Below are positions 1 to 13,509 of a stretch of DNA of 53,682 bases, in pieces. The stretch covers positions 62,001 through 115,682 of the forward strand of contig CAUYUJ010000301.1 in assembly GCA_963575745.1 (NCBI GenBank), given 5' to 3'. Below the pieces are notes generated by a model, which was not told the origin of the DNA, made no database searches, and was given only the letters and a program-made list of their open reading frames with translations. This stretch comes from Prorocentrum cordatum (Eukaryota). The first letter of the stretch is position 1; each line of letters opens with the position of its first letter. The translations under genes were made by a program, and so were the position numbers.

Positions 1-71
1 GCACCAGGCAGAGACACCAATCCCGCTGGAATCATTGCCAACGCAATCGTGATATACAGAAGCGTTGCCAT
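1..71 (-). CDS. 5' end of a putative gene running off the window (MATLLYITIALAMIPAGLVSLPG...), signal-peptide-like
   Basis: ATG at 71-69 in a gccATGG context, with an in-frame stop upstream (~123-125). The 23 codons to the window edge are hydrophobic and open. It lies ~85 nt downstream of a DinoSL-like relic on the same strand. Confidence 0.45.
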   Translation of the reverse strand, partial: MATLLYITIALAMIPAGLVSLPG

Positions 72-154
72 GGCACCCGTGGTCTCGCTGATGCTGGTTA
101 ATCCCGCGTGCGCTGCCACTGCTCACTTCCGGTGAACGTGGAGACTGGCACCCA

Positions 155-183
155 CAAAATGGTTTGCACCACAATGGCTGCGG
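155..183 (-). other. Degenerate tandem dinoflagellate spliced-leader (DinoSL) relic
   Basis: The minus strand reads CCGCAGCCATTGTGGTGCAAA-CCATTTTG. The first 21 nt match CCGTAGCCATTTTGGCTCAAG at 16/21 positions by eye. They are followed directly by CCATTTTG, the start of the shortened relic form. Confidence 0.65.
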
Positions 184-189
184 GGGAAC

Positions 190-345
190 GGTTTTTGCCT
201 CTTGGAGCCCTCTTGGGGGTCCTCTTTGACCCGTCTTGGGGCGCCTTGAGGGCCTCTTGGGCCGTCGTGAGGCCATCTGGGGAAATCCTGTACCAATCTG
301 GAAGCCATCTTGTGCTTTGCGGAAACCATCTTGGCCCATCTTGAA
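190..345 (-). repeat. Degenerate ~10-11 bp GGCCCCAAGA-type repeat family
   Basis: Repeated TCTTGGG(G)CC-like units. The same family occurs at ~33480-33610, 34320-34830, 38170-38400, 43140-43230 and 52070-52120. Confidence 0.7.
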
Positions 346-531
346 CTCCCTCGAAACTTCTGTGAATGCCCCACAACTATTTACACTGGAAACCTCTTGA
401 GACTGGAAAAAAACACCCAGCGCGTGGTGGGGTGACCGACCTGCCCAACGCCAGGGCAGCCGGCGGCGAGGCTCCCTGGTCCCCTCCCCCCCCACTGTAC
501 ACTGATGGGCCTGTTTTCCACCCATCATAGA

Positions 532-594
532 CTACCCGTCCCGCCCCACAGGAGTCGTGGAGATGGCGACTGGCGGGGCGGGCAGCGGGCAGAC
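532..594 (-). CDS. Candidate terminal exon (VCPLPAPPVAISTTPVGRDG*)
   Basis: Pyrimidine-rich acceptor cttcctttccag|GTC at 595/594 and TAG at 534-532. A unique GC-rich island beside microsatellites. No homology recognised. Confidence 0.25.
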   Translation of the reverse strand, partial: VCPLPAPPVAISTTPVGRDG

Positions 595-623
595 CTGGAA
601 AGGAAGTCGGCTGCGGGATCCAA

Positions 624-1350
624 CTCCTCCTCCTCCTCCTCCTCTTCTCCTTCTTCTTCTTATTAGTATTGTTTTTCTTTGTCTTATTATTATTATCATT
701 AGAATTATTAGTAGTAGTAGTAGTAATAATAATACTACTATTACTAGTATTAGATTATTGTTATTATTATTAATAGTATTATTAGTAGTAGTATTATTAC
801 TATTATTATTACTAGTGTTATTGCTATTCTTCGATATATTAATCGTATCATGTTTCTTATTAGTATTATTGTTCGTCTTATTCTTATTATTCTTATTACT
901 AGTGTTAAGATTATGCGTGTTAATAGTATTATCCTTATGCTCATCAGTAGCATTAGTAGTATTAGTCTTATTATTAATATTAATCGTCGTTTTAGTATTA
1001 TTCTTATTCTTATTATTATTATTAGCAGTATTAGTGTTAGTATTCTTAGTCGTAGTATTATTCTTCATATTCTTATGATTAGTATTAATGTGTTTATTAT
1101 TATTCTTCTTCTTATTAATATAAGTAGTATTCTTATTCGTCTTATTATTATGTAATTGTTGTTCTTATTCTTAATATTCATATTCGTATTACTCGTATTA
1201 ATATTCTTATTGTTATTAGTGTTATTATTAGTAGTATTAGTATTCGTCTTCTTATTATTCTAATTATTATTATGCTTATTATTATTATTACTCCTCCTCT
1301 TCTTCTTCCTCCCCCTCCTCCTCCTCCACCTCCTCCTCCTCCTCCTCCTC

Positions 1351-1402
<52 letters not shown>

Positions 1403-1556
1403 GACGACGACGACGACGACGACTACTACTATTCCGCCTCCTCCGCCTCCTCCGCCTGGGCGCTGGGCGCTGAGTGGCATCAAAATCCTCTGGGAATGCT
1501 ACCACCCCTCCTCCTCCTCCTCCTCCTCCTCCTCCTCCTCCTCCTCCTCCTCCTCC
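624..1556. repeat. Compound low-complexity microsatellite (CCT, TAT/TAG, CTA, CGA)
   Basis: Directly visible trinucleotide runs. Confidence 0.95.
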
Positions 1557-1566
1557 GCGGTAGAGC

Positions 1567-1611
1567 CTTGTCGCTCTCCTCATCGCCCCGAGCGCCGCAC
1601 AGGGAGTCCGC
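1567..1611 (-). CDS. Candidate 45-nt internal exon (ADSLCGARGDEESDK)
   Basis: Acceptor cgacag|GCG, donor AAG|GC, phase 0/0, GC3-rich codons. Confidence 0.35.
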
Positions 1612-2282
1612 CTGTCGCCGGGCGGCCGCGAGCGGGAAAACGGCCGGGGCAGTGATGCCCGGAACCGGGAGGCAAAGGTGGTCCCGACGGGGGGGCTGGG
1701 CGACCGCGGCCTTGGGCGGTGGCACGGCACCATCACAAGGAGAGACCCGGGGCCGCGATGCGCCGGGAAGGAAGGGAGGGGGAGGTGGGGGGTGGGGAGG
1801 TGGTGAGGCGGGAGGAGAAGGGAGCGAGGGGAGGTAGGATTTTTCCCCCACAGAGTTTCACCGCCGAACGAAATCAATACATGCTCTGGTCGCTGAGAGC
1901 GTGGGAGGGCAAGGGGAGGTGGGGGGGCGACAGGCGGTGCGCGGGAAAGGGGGGGGGCGCAGTGCGAGAGGGAGGCGGGAGGAAAGGCGAGAGAGATCGA
2001 CCATGCGAGGGGGAGAGCGGAAACAGGGGGGGGCGAGCCGAGAGGAGGACAGGGGAGCGGTGGGTGGAGAGCAGAGGGATGGGTGGTGGAGGGGAAGGGA
2101 ATGGGCGGAGGTGGAGGGTGGTGGGGAAGGGGCAAGCGGAGGGAGGGCCAGGCGAAGGGAGGAGAGGGATGCGAGGTAGAGAGCCGAAGCAACATCCAAT
2201 GCGTCCGCGTTTCAAAGGACGGGGCGAAGTAAATGTTTGGTCTTGCGCCGGTCGAATTCAAAGACCGTCACCATTGTGGCAG

Positions 2283-2319
<37 letters not shown>

Positions 2320-3268
2320 TATATAGAGAGAGAGATACATACATATATGTATGTTGATATCCCCCTCTTCCGCTGTCTTACTCTGAATTAATGTTCCCGT
2401 AGATGTGGGTATAGCTATGGACTTCACAACCGATATACGCATCAATGGAAGACTCTCGCTATCTAGCTGTACACATGTATACATGTATATACACATATAC
2501 ACAAATGTAAGCATGCATAACTGTATATACACATACCTATATACATATATATATATACACATACATATCCAGAGGAGCTAGAATCACATGCGCGCTTCGT
2601 ACAAACGTCCGTTCTAGCGTTGGACAGCGCAACGTCACGACAGCGTGGGAATTTCCAAGAGCGAGAGAGAGAGAGATAAAAACAGAGGGAAAAAGCGCAA
2701 AGAGGCAATACTGTCGCGCATACATGCTTCGCATAGATACTCAAATCGATTGGCGATATTAAGTTTCACCTAGACACTGACGAGATACAAATGGACGCGC
2801 TCCCCTTAGCCTCCCGACGATAGAGAAAAGCGGAGGGTGAGAAGGAACTGGGGGACGCCGGAGCGGATGAGGAGGAGGAATCCTGAAGGAGTCTGGAAAT
2901 TGCTACGCCGGGTGGGGCCTTGAGGTCCGACGTCGCACCCACCCACCCCGCAAAAAAAGTCTATCAAAATCAAAACTGCACCCCTCATGTCTGCTTCGAG
3001 CTGGATCGATCCGCAAGGGGCCCGGGATCCAAAGCTGGGCGGGAGCGCCCGATGTGCAAACAGATGCGACGTCTGGGCCTCAGGGAATGAGTTCTTCTCC
3101 TGGAGGAGGAGGAGGAGGACGAGGAGGAGGAGGAGGAGGAGGAGGAGGAAGGGGAAGAGGCATCTCGTCTCTTTCACGGCAGACTGGGTTCTTTCCCGGT
3201 AAACTGGGTTCCCAGCGCGGCGCCGGGAAAGAGTCCACTTTGGTGGCTTTTGCAAGGAAGTCTCGCGC

Positions 3269-3847
<579 letters not shown>

Positions 3848-3967
3848 CGCAGCAGTACTAGTTTGAGTGCAAATAATACAAATACCCCCACTAGTACGAG
3901 CAGCCCAGTCGTAATCCAGTAGTACTAGTCGCAGCAATACAAAATTGAATACAATGAGCCCCCTGCC

Positions 3968-4295
3968 TCTCTCGGAATCTCTCGGAATTGCTCGGCATCT
4001 CTCAGAATCTCTCTGAACCTGTCAGAATATTTCGGTATCTCTCGGAATCTCTCAGAATCTCTCAGAATCTCTCAGAATCTCCCAGAATCTCTCGGAATAT
4101 TTAAAATCTCTCCGAATCTCTCAGAATGTTTCAAAATCTCTCAGACCCTCTCAGAATCTCTCAGGATCTTTCAGAATCTCTCCGAATCTCTCAGAATCTC
4201 TCAGAATCTCTCAGACCCTCTCAGAAACTCTCAGAATCTCTAGAACCTCTCAGAACCTCTCAGAATCTCTCAAAAACTTTCTGAATCCCTCAGAA
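3968..4295 (+). repeat. 10-bp tandem repeat (CTCTCAGAAT)n, degenerate
   Basis: Visible 10-nt periodicity. A related array lies in the opposite orientation at 52975-53390. Confidence 0.9.
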
Positions 4296-4440
4296 TGTAA
4301 AAAAGAATTGTCCGACCGGGGAAGAACCCAGTCTACCGGGAAATACCCCTGTTTACAAGGATAAGGAATTGCTTCGGGGGAGGAGGGGGGAGGGAGAGGA
4401 GCCGAGACATGACATCCTCCCCCGAGCGGGCCCGACGGGC

Positions 4441-4530
4441 CTCATCGTCGTCGATGAGGTATGAGAGGCCGAGGCTCGCCAGGTAGGCCTCGTCGGCCTC
4501 GTCCTCCTCCGCGAGCCCGACTTCCTCCAC
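4441..4530 (-). CDS. Candidate 90-nt internal exon (VEEVGLAEEDEADEAYLASLGLSYLIDDDE)
   Basis: Acceptor cccttcag|GTG, donor GAG|GCCCG, phase 0/0. Strongly GC3-biased codons and a protein-like acidic sequence. Confidence 0.55.
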
Positions 4531-4677
4531 CTGAAGGGGTATGCTCATCAAAAGGGAGGGGGGAGGGTGCTGCCGCATGACATAGCCTGTAGGAGCGGCT
4601 GGCCCCTGGCAAAGAACTGCAAGACTGACCAAGTACGGGTAGAAGCAAGCAAATCCACACACACACACACACGCACA

Positions 4678-4735
<58 letters not shown>

Positions 4736-4910
4736 TGTAATCAAAAACAAAAACAAACAAAGAAATACATGTTGTCCCATCCCCAATCCCTGGGCCGCCC
4801 ATGCAGGAGGAGGGTGGAAGAAAGGAGGGTTACGCAGAAGGATTGAGGAGCGCTGAGGAGGGTTAAGGAGGAAAGAGGGGAGTGGAGGATAATTAACGAT
4901 GGGAGGACTT

Positions 4911-5280
<370 letters not shown>

Positions 5281-5642
5281 GGTGCGTACCAGGGTTGACT
5301 GAACCCCGGGGGCGAGTCGATTCCTTCTCTCCCCTTGAAGAGGCTCCCCGCCTTCAGGATGCAACTCAGCTTTGGGTTGAAGAGAGGCTGATAGCTGATA
5401 GGCAGGACTTCCGTCCCCAGCCACAGGCCCCAGAAACAGGATACGAGTTGGGGTTGAGCCATCTATCGGCAGTCCCTGCTTCAATCCCGAGGTACAGTCT
5501 GCTGGCGCGGTCCTGGCAGCAGCTTGGCTGGTGATCCCCCTCCTCCGCCTCCTACTCTTCCCTCTCCTCCTCTTGCTGTATTCGGCGGCGGTGATTTCCA
5601 CAGCACCCTCGCGGTCAAAGTGCAACGAAGACCGCTGGGCCA

Positions 5643-5676
<34 letters not shown>

Positions 5677-6404
5677 AAAAAAAAAAAAAGAGAGAGAGAG
5701 AGAGAGCCCGCGACCGCGTCCAGAGGGTGCTCCGCGACAAGGGGAAGCGGCCTAGAGGGGCACTCCCAAGAGACAGCCCCACCCAAGCCCCGCTGTGCAA
5801 ACCGCACGGGAGGGCCATGAGCCGACGATGCCCGGAGGATTTCGACGCGACAGCCATTCAGACAGCAAAGGCAGCGCATGGAGGAAGCGAAAAAAACCGC
5901 CGAGGGAGCCCAAGTTTCGGGCTGCGGAGGGCCAGTATGGCCAAGCAAAGAGGCAAGACACCCAGGATGAATTGGCCGCCGCCCACCTGCCTCTTGCAGA
6001 CGGCAGCGCAATATTATTCTGACAGGGGGCGCAGCGACTTGTTGGCCACGCAACAAGACAACATGCCGAAGGGTTACCACGTTTTCTGGTTGAGCCCACT
6101 CTCTCACACCTAGTGCCACTTGCCCACGTTCACCCATCTTTGGAGAAGGCCTCTTCCTCCTCCTCCTCCCTTTTCCTCCCTTTTCGTTATCCTCATCTTT
6201 CTCCCCCTCCTCCTCCACCTCCTCCTCCTCCACCTCTTCCTCCTCTTCGTCCTCCTCCATCCCCCCCTCCTCCTCCTCCTCCTCCTCCTCCTCATCATCA
6301 TCATCGTCATCATCATCAGCATCATCATCATCACTAGTACCATCATCAGTATTGCCATTATCATCACAGTCATCATCAAAATCATCATCAAAATCACCAT
6401 CAAT

Positions 6405-7245
6405 AACACCAACAATCACTTTAAGATTGTTCGCTCTTATCTGCTCGCGTGTTATTCAATATGCATATCCCAAACCATGGATACACCTGCCCTCTTCGTC
6501 TTCGATCACACCCCCTTTTTGGGGGGTGTACTCATTCCCTGTCACGGGTGGTTAATGCAACCCTTGAAAACGATGGGCAACACATAATGGAGGAGAATGA
6601 GGACGAAGGGATCGCAGGAAGGGAGGGGAGGGGCAAGAAGGAGGGAGGACGATGATTTGCGCTGCGAGTGGCGATTCCGCTTGCGCCATGGCTTGCGCCA
6701 GCCACTCCAACACAGGCGAACAATAAGTTTCGCCATGGGTCACGCCATCAACCGCGCTACGTACCACCCCCTTGAAAAAACAGATCGTGGATACCCCCAC
6801 GGGGGGACGCACAACCGCGAACTGGTGTCAGAAACAAATTGTGGAACCCTGAAAAGAAGCGGGATGTTGGGCGGGCGGGGCGGAAGGATAGTGAAAACTG
6901 CAACCGTGTCGAGAGGAGCGCGGAAGCCCCAAGTGAGATCACGATTCCTCCAAAAATTGTAAAGAAGTATCAAGCGGGAGCCGCGATCCGGTGGTAAACT
7001 GCAAGGAAGTTCCAAGCGAGAGCGCGATCCTTCAATAAACTGTGAGGTAATATCAGGCGGGAGCCGGTGTTGTTGTTGTTGTTGTTGTAAACCGGGGGCC
7101 AACGACACAATTTGACCCTCAAAACTTTCTCTTTTTAAAAACAGGATGCGAGCCCCGGGAAGGGCACTTCAATCGAAAAAACAATGTGCACCGGACGGGG
7201 GAGGATCAACAATAATTATTCTTCAGGAATGAGTTCAACAACAAC
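6405..7245 (+). repeat. Dispersed copy of the ~1 kb composite repeat that is tandemly arrayed at 46280-49650
   Basis: Shares several blocks with that array: AAGAYTGTTCGCTCT..CATATCCCAAACC (cf. 46397, 47301, 48386); GACGATGATTTG..GCTTGCGCCATGGCTTGCGCCAGCCA (cf. 47530-47630); GCGGGAGC subrepeats; and GATCAACAATAATTATTCTTC (cf. 46308, 48336, 49631). Confidence 0.85.
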
Positions 7246-8015
<770 letters not shown>

Positions 8016-8329
8016 CGCCTCTGCGTGAGGGCCGAACGTCTCGGCATTGTGCCTGTCGGCCCCAGCCTCCCGGGCCTTGCAACAGGGGGGGAGGGGGCGG
8101 CAGCTGGGATCGGCGGCGGCGGCTCCAAGAGGAACGGGGGACGGGTGGGGGCGAACCAGCCTTCAGATCCTGACGACGCAAACAAGGCCACGACAGCCGA
8201 TTCTCCCATGTCCTAAACTTGCGTTTGTATTGTTACTACGACGCCTCCGATTCGTCTTCTCCTCCTCCTCCTTCCTCCTCCTCCTCCTTCTCCTCTTCCT
8301 CCTCCTCATGATCATCATCCTCTCCCCCA

Positions 8330-8655
8330 TTCAGACTCACTCATACTCAGACACGCGCATGTTAAGAATTCCGACTCAACCGAACTCAGACTCACTCAGA
8401 CCCTGCTCTCCCCCACAAAAACTCGCTCGCACTCAAACTCACGCATAATCAGAAACATTCACACTCAGCTTCATTCGCGCTCACACGCGCAAACTCAGCC
8501 AAACAGCACTCAAACGCACTCAGACTCAGACTCACTCATATTCAAACGCACTCACACTTAGACTCATTCACGCTCAAACTCACTCGAACTCAGACTCACT
8601 CACACTCACACTCATTCATTCACGCTAAGACTCACTCGCACTCAGACACACTTAG
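8330..8655 (+). repeat. Degenerate ACTC / ACTCAG short-period repeat
   Basis: Many ACTCA, ACTCAGACTC and CACTC units. Confidence 0.8.
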
Positions 8656-8789
8656 CCGAGTGCCCATAAAATCCGGAGCCCTGGAATCATAATGAATGAG
8701 TCCCCAACAAATGTGATGTACGGGAATACGGAGGTACGGAGGTCCGGTGCGCGGAGTGCGATAGAAGTACTCGCACCGGTCGTACTGGC

Positions 8790-8813
8790 AGTCGTAGTAG
8801 AAGAAATAGCAGC

Positions 8814-8851
<38 letters not shown>

Positions 8852-8853
8852 TG

Positions 8854-8918
<65 letters not shown>

Positions 8919-9009
8919 CGTAGTCGTAGTAGTAGTAGTAGTCGTAGTAGTAGTAGTAGTAGTAGTAGTAGTTGCAGTAGTAGCAGTAGCAGCAGCAGTA
9001 GTAGTGGTG

Positions 9010-9061
<52 letters not shown>

Positions 9062-9328
9062 GACTACTATTACTACTACTAGTAGTACTACTAGTACTAG
9101 TACTAGTACTAGTACTAGTACTAGTACTAGTACTAGTACAAGTAGTAAGAGTACTAGTACTTCAACTAGCGGTAGAAGAAGAAGTCGTCGTCGTCGTAGA
9201 AAATGTGGTAGTAGTAGAAGTAGTGGCAGTTGTTGTAGTAGTAGTGATAGTCGTCGTAGTAGTAGCAGCAGCAGCAGCAGCAGTAGCAGTCGGAGTAAAA
9301 GTAGTAGAAATAGTAGACGTAGTCGCAC

Positions 9329-9414
<86 letters not shown>

Positions 9415-9547
9415 ATAGTAGTAGTAGTACAGTAGTAGTAGTAATAGTAGTACTACTACTACTACTACTACTACTACTAGTAGTAGTAGTAGTAGTAGTA
9501 GTAGCAGTACTAGGAGTAATAGTAGTAGTAATAGTAGTAGTAGTAGC

Positions 9548-9582
<35 letters not shown>

Positions 9583-9815
9583 TGGTAGTAGTAGTAGTAG
9601 TAACAATACTGTAGTAGTGTTGGTAGTGCTAATAATAATAATAATAATAACAATAGAAAAGTTGTACTAGTTGCTGTAACAATGATAATCGTAATACTTG
9701 TGGCAGTCACCGTGGTAATCGTAGTAGTAGAAGTAGTAGTAGTAGTAGTTGTAGTAGTAGTGGTAGTCGTAGTGGTGGTAGGTAAAAGAGTAGTAGCAGT
9801 AGTAGCAGTATCAAT
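8790..9815. repeat. (TAG)n/(CTA)n microsatellite with orientation switches and an (AGTACT)n core
   Basis: Orientation switches near 9010, 9080, 9450 and 9478. A run of the palindromic hexamer lies at ~9085-9138. Confidence 0.95.
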
Positions 9816-10519
9816 AATACGAATAATTGAAGTGATAGAAATACGCCCCACATCCCTTTTGATCTGACCCCGGCAATTCTCGTCTCCGCTGCCTCTTCCT
9901 CGTCGCCGTCGTGGTGTGGGCGAAGTAGGTTGTTCTCTCCCCCTCCTCGTCCTCCACGCACAAGGGTTCTATGTGCAAAACACGCAATGGAAATCAACGT
10001 GTAATGCGCAGACAAAACGGAATGTACTGTAACGCCGCACATCAGGATTCTATTTGTATTCACGCAATAGAAATCCATGTGTAAACCGCCCACAAAAAAA
10101 TGCTCCGAATGCAAAGCCGAACAAAAGGACTCGTTGTGCAAATCGTCCACCAAGGGAATCCGAGCGTAAAGCCGCACATCAGGATTTGTGCTCGTATTAC
10201 ACTAAAAAAGAAATCAATGCATAGACCGCCCACGAAAACATCACATTGCAAAGGCACACAAGGAGCCACATCATCAAAAAACACAAAAAGGATAAAATAA
10301 TACCCACAAAGACTAAAGCACTGGAGGCAGCTCCGTTAGGAAAACCATTGTAAAATACGAAGGAAAGGAAGGAAAAAAACAAATGATGGGCACCTTTTCG
10401 GCCGTTTCATTGCGGACTGTGTTCACTGGTATCGTTGTGCTTTTGGGTGACTGATCTGCCCCATGGGGTTCCTACAATTTCTGCCTCAACTACGTCAGTT
10501 TATGTGGTTGTGTTCGGTG

Positions 10520-11820
10520 TGTTTCCTTGTGCTGTTCCCAACCATCCTGTGGTTGTGGGTCCTCGTTTTGAAAAGACAACCTCCGGCGTGTCACCCCGTT
10601 TGGGACCGCTCGCATGTGCCCGCCACACCCAATGCAGCGTGTCGTGGCCCCATACGGAGCTCCACCGAAGGTCCCAGCGGCACCGCCCACATGCGTCCGC
10701 CACATCCAATACCGCGATTCGTGGCCCCATATGGGGACCCCACCGAAAATCCCAGTGGGACCGGCCGCACGCGCCCGCCACCCCCAGTCCAGCGCTTCGT
10801 GGCCACATAGGCAGCTCCACCCAGCGTCCCACTGGGGCCGCCAGCATGTGCCCGCCAGACACAATACAGCGGTTCGTGGCCTCATAGAGAGCCCCACTGA
10901 AGGTCACCGTGGGGCCGCCCGCACGCGTCCACAATACTCAATACAACGCTCCGTGGCCCCATAGGGAGCCCCACCGATGGTCACAATGGCACCGCCCGCA
11001 TGCGTCCGCCACACCCAGTGCGCCGCTTCGCGGCCGCATAGGACGCTCCACCGAAGGTCCCACCGGGACCGCCCGCATGCGCCAGCCACACCCAGTGCAG
11101 CGCTTCGTGGCCTCATTGGGGGGGGAGGGCCACCGAAGGCCCCAGTGGGACAGCCCGCATGTGTCCTCCACACCCAGTACAACGTCGCGTGGCCCCACAG
11201 GGAGCTTCAGCGAAGGCCCCAGCGGCACCGCCCGCATGCGTCCGCCACACCCAGTACACCGCCTTGTGGGCCCATAGGGAACCCCACCGAAGGTGCCAGC
11301 GGCACCGCCCGCACGCGCCCGCCACACGCAGTACAGCGTTCCGCTGCCCCATAAAGGAGCTCGACCGAAAATCCCAGTGGGACCGCCAGCGTGCGCCCGC
11401 CACACTCAGTGCTGCGCTTCGTGGCCCCATAGGGAGCCCCAGCGAAGGCCCCAGTGGCACCGCCCGCATGCGCCCCCTCACCAAATACACCGTTTCGCGG
11501 CCCCACAAGGAGCCCAGAGAAGGCCCCAGTGGCACCGCCCGCACGCGCCCCCCCCACCTAGTACAGCGTTTCGTGGCCCCGTAGGGAGTCCCAGCGAAGG
11601 TCCCACTGGGGCCGCCCGCATGCGTCCCCCCACCCACCCAATACAACGCTTCGTGGCCCCATAGGGAACTCCAGCGAAGGCCCCAGTGGCACCGCCCGTT
11701 CGCGCCCCCCCCACCCATTACGGCACGCCCTATCACGCGTTGCGTGGCCCACCGAAGGCGGTACCCACAACGCGTTATTCACGACTGCACATGGTTGGGT
11801 CATCCGCCAGGATAATTGAA
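10520..11820 (+). mobile_element. Satellite-carrying dispersed element, copy 1: conserved head, ~15 x ~77-bp GGCCCCATAGGGAGCTCCACCGAAGGCCCCAGTGG units, conserved tail
   Basis: The head AACCATCCTGTGG..GGGTCCTCGTTT..AAAGAC (~10540-10578) and tail ACTGCA.ATGGTTGGGTC.T.CGCCAGG (~11784-11811) are both found inverted around the 13510-14915 array. Confidence 0.7.
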
Positions 11821-12589
11821 ATGGTTCGCCTTTCGTGCGGCTTTGAAAATCAGAAGATGTTTGTGGGCGATGTACACATTGATTCCTAGTGTGTGTGTGT
11901 GTGAAATACAGACAGAAATCCTTATCTGCGGCTTTACAATACGATCCGTTTGATGGGCCATTTGCAAAGTGCTCTCTAATGTGTGGAAGACAAACAGAAT
12001 CGTTATGTGAGACTTTACAATAAGATTCGTTGTGTGGGCGATTTATACACTGGTTTCGACTTTTATGAAGAATACAAACAGGATCCGGCGACGAAGACGG
12101 AAAATTCGATTGTAAAGCTCTCCCTCTTCTCCAGTCCTTTTCCTCTTTCTCCCCTTCCTCCTCCGCGTTCCTCTTCCTCCTCCTCCTCGTCTTCCACCTC
12201 TCCCTGCGTCCATTGGTCCTCCTTCTTTTTTCCCCCTCCTCATCCACATACGAGGATTATGTGTGCAACCTACACAAGAGATATCAACGTGTAAAATGCC
12301 CACAACAGAACCCACACGCTAGAAATCGATGTCTTCCACACCATAGAAGTCTATGTGTGAATGGCCCACATAGGGGTTAATCTCGCGGGCGACTTACGCA
12401 TTGAGTTCTCATGTGTGGGTTACGAACAGAATGCTTCCGTGCGGCTTTAGAATGGGAGCCCAGTTCTGGACAATTTATGTATTGTGTTATTGTGGGTACA
12501 CTGAAAACAGAATCCGAAGACGAAATCGACGACGAGGAAGAAGTGGGCAAAAGAAGTATCGGGGCCGAATCAAAAGGGGACACAGTAGC

Positions 12590-12645
12590 ATTGGTAGTAG
12601 TAGTAGTAGTAGTAGTAGTAGCAGTAGTGAGGAGTAGTAGTAGCC

Positions 12646-12700
<55 letters not shown>

Positions 12701-12852
12701 GAGTGGTAATAGTAATAGTAGTAGTGGCCGTAGTAGTGGTCGTAGTAGTAGTAGTAGTAGCAGCAGCAGCAGTAGTAGCAGTAGTAGTAGTAGTAGTAGT
12801 AGCAGTAGTAGTAGTAGTGGTCGTAGTAGTAGTAGTAGTAGTAGCAGTAGTT

Positions 12853-12883
<31 letters not shown>

Positions 12884-13086
12884 CCGTAGTAGTGGTGGTA
12901 GTAGTAGTAGTCGTCGTCGTCGTCGTCGTCGTCGTCGTAGTGGTAGTTGTAGCAACTGTAGCGGTAGTAGTGGTAGCAGTAGTACTCGTAGTGGAAGCAG
13001 CAGCAGCAGTAGCAGTAGCAGTAGCAGTTGTAGTAGTAGTAGTAATAATAGTAGTGGTAGTGGTAGTGGTAGTGGTAGTGGTAGTC

Positions 13087-13134
<48 letters not shown>

Positions 13135-13367
13135 ATAGTAGTAGTAGTAGTAATAATAGTAGTAGTAGTAATAGTAGTAGTACTAGTCTTCATCGTCGTC
13201 GTAGTTATACTAGCAGTACAAGGGTAGTAGTAGTAGTAGCAGTAGTAGTAGTAGTAGTGGTAGTAGTAGTAGTAGTCGTAGTAGTAGTAACAATAATAAA
13301 ACATATCAGTAGTAGAAGTCGTCGCAGTAGTAGTAATAGTAATAGTAGTAGTAGTAGTAGTAGTAGT

Positions 13368-13399
<32 letters not shown>

Positions 13400-13480
13400 T
13401 GGTAGTAACAATAGTATTGGCAGTAGTAGTAATAATAATAATGGTAGGGGTAGCAGCAATAGCGGTAGTAGTAGCATCAG
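12590..13480. repeat. Degenerate (TAG)n microsatellite
   Basis: Direct observation. Confidence 0.95.
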
Positions 13481-13509
13481 GGGGCGGAGGAGGGAGGAGG
13501 TAGAAGGGA

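Noticed and set aside
2824..2886. Plus-strand acidic stretch RKAEGEKELGDAGADEEEES* as a terminal exon
   Set aside because: Weak acceptor, no partner exon, and explainable by purine-rich low complexity.
5295..6113. Unique-sequence islands with SGLKQG, ARSWQQLGW and EARHPG words suggesting RT, recombinase or LINE fragments
   Set aside because: They are isolated short words in different frames and strands, with no supporting neighbouring motifs.
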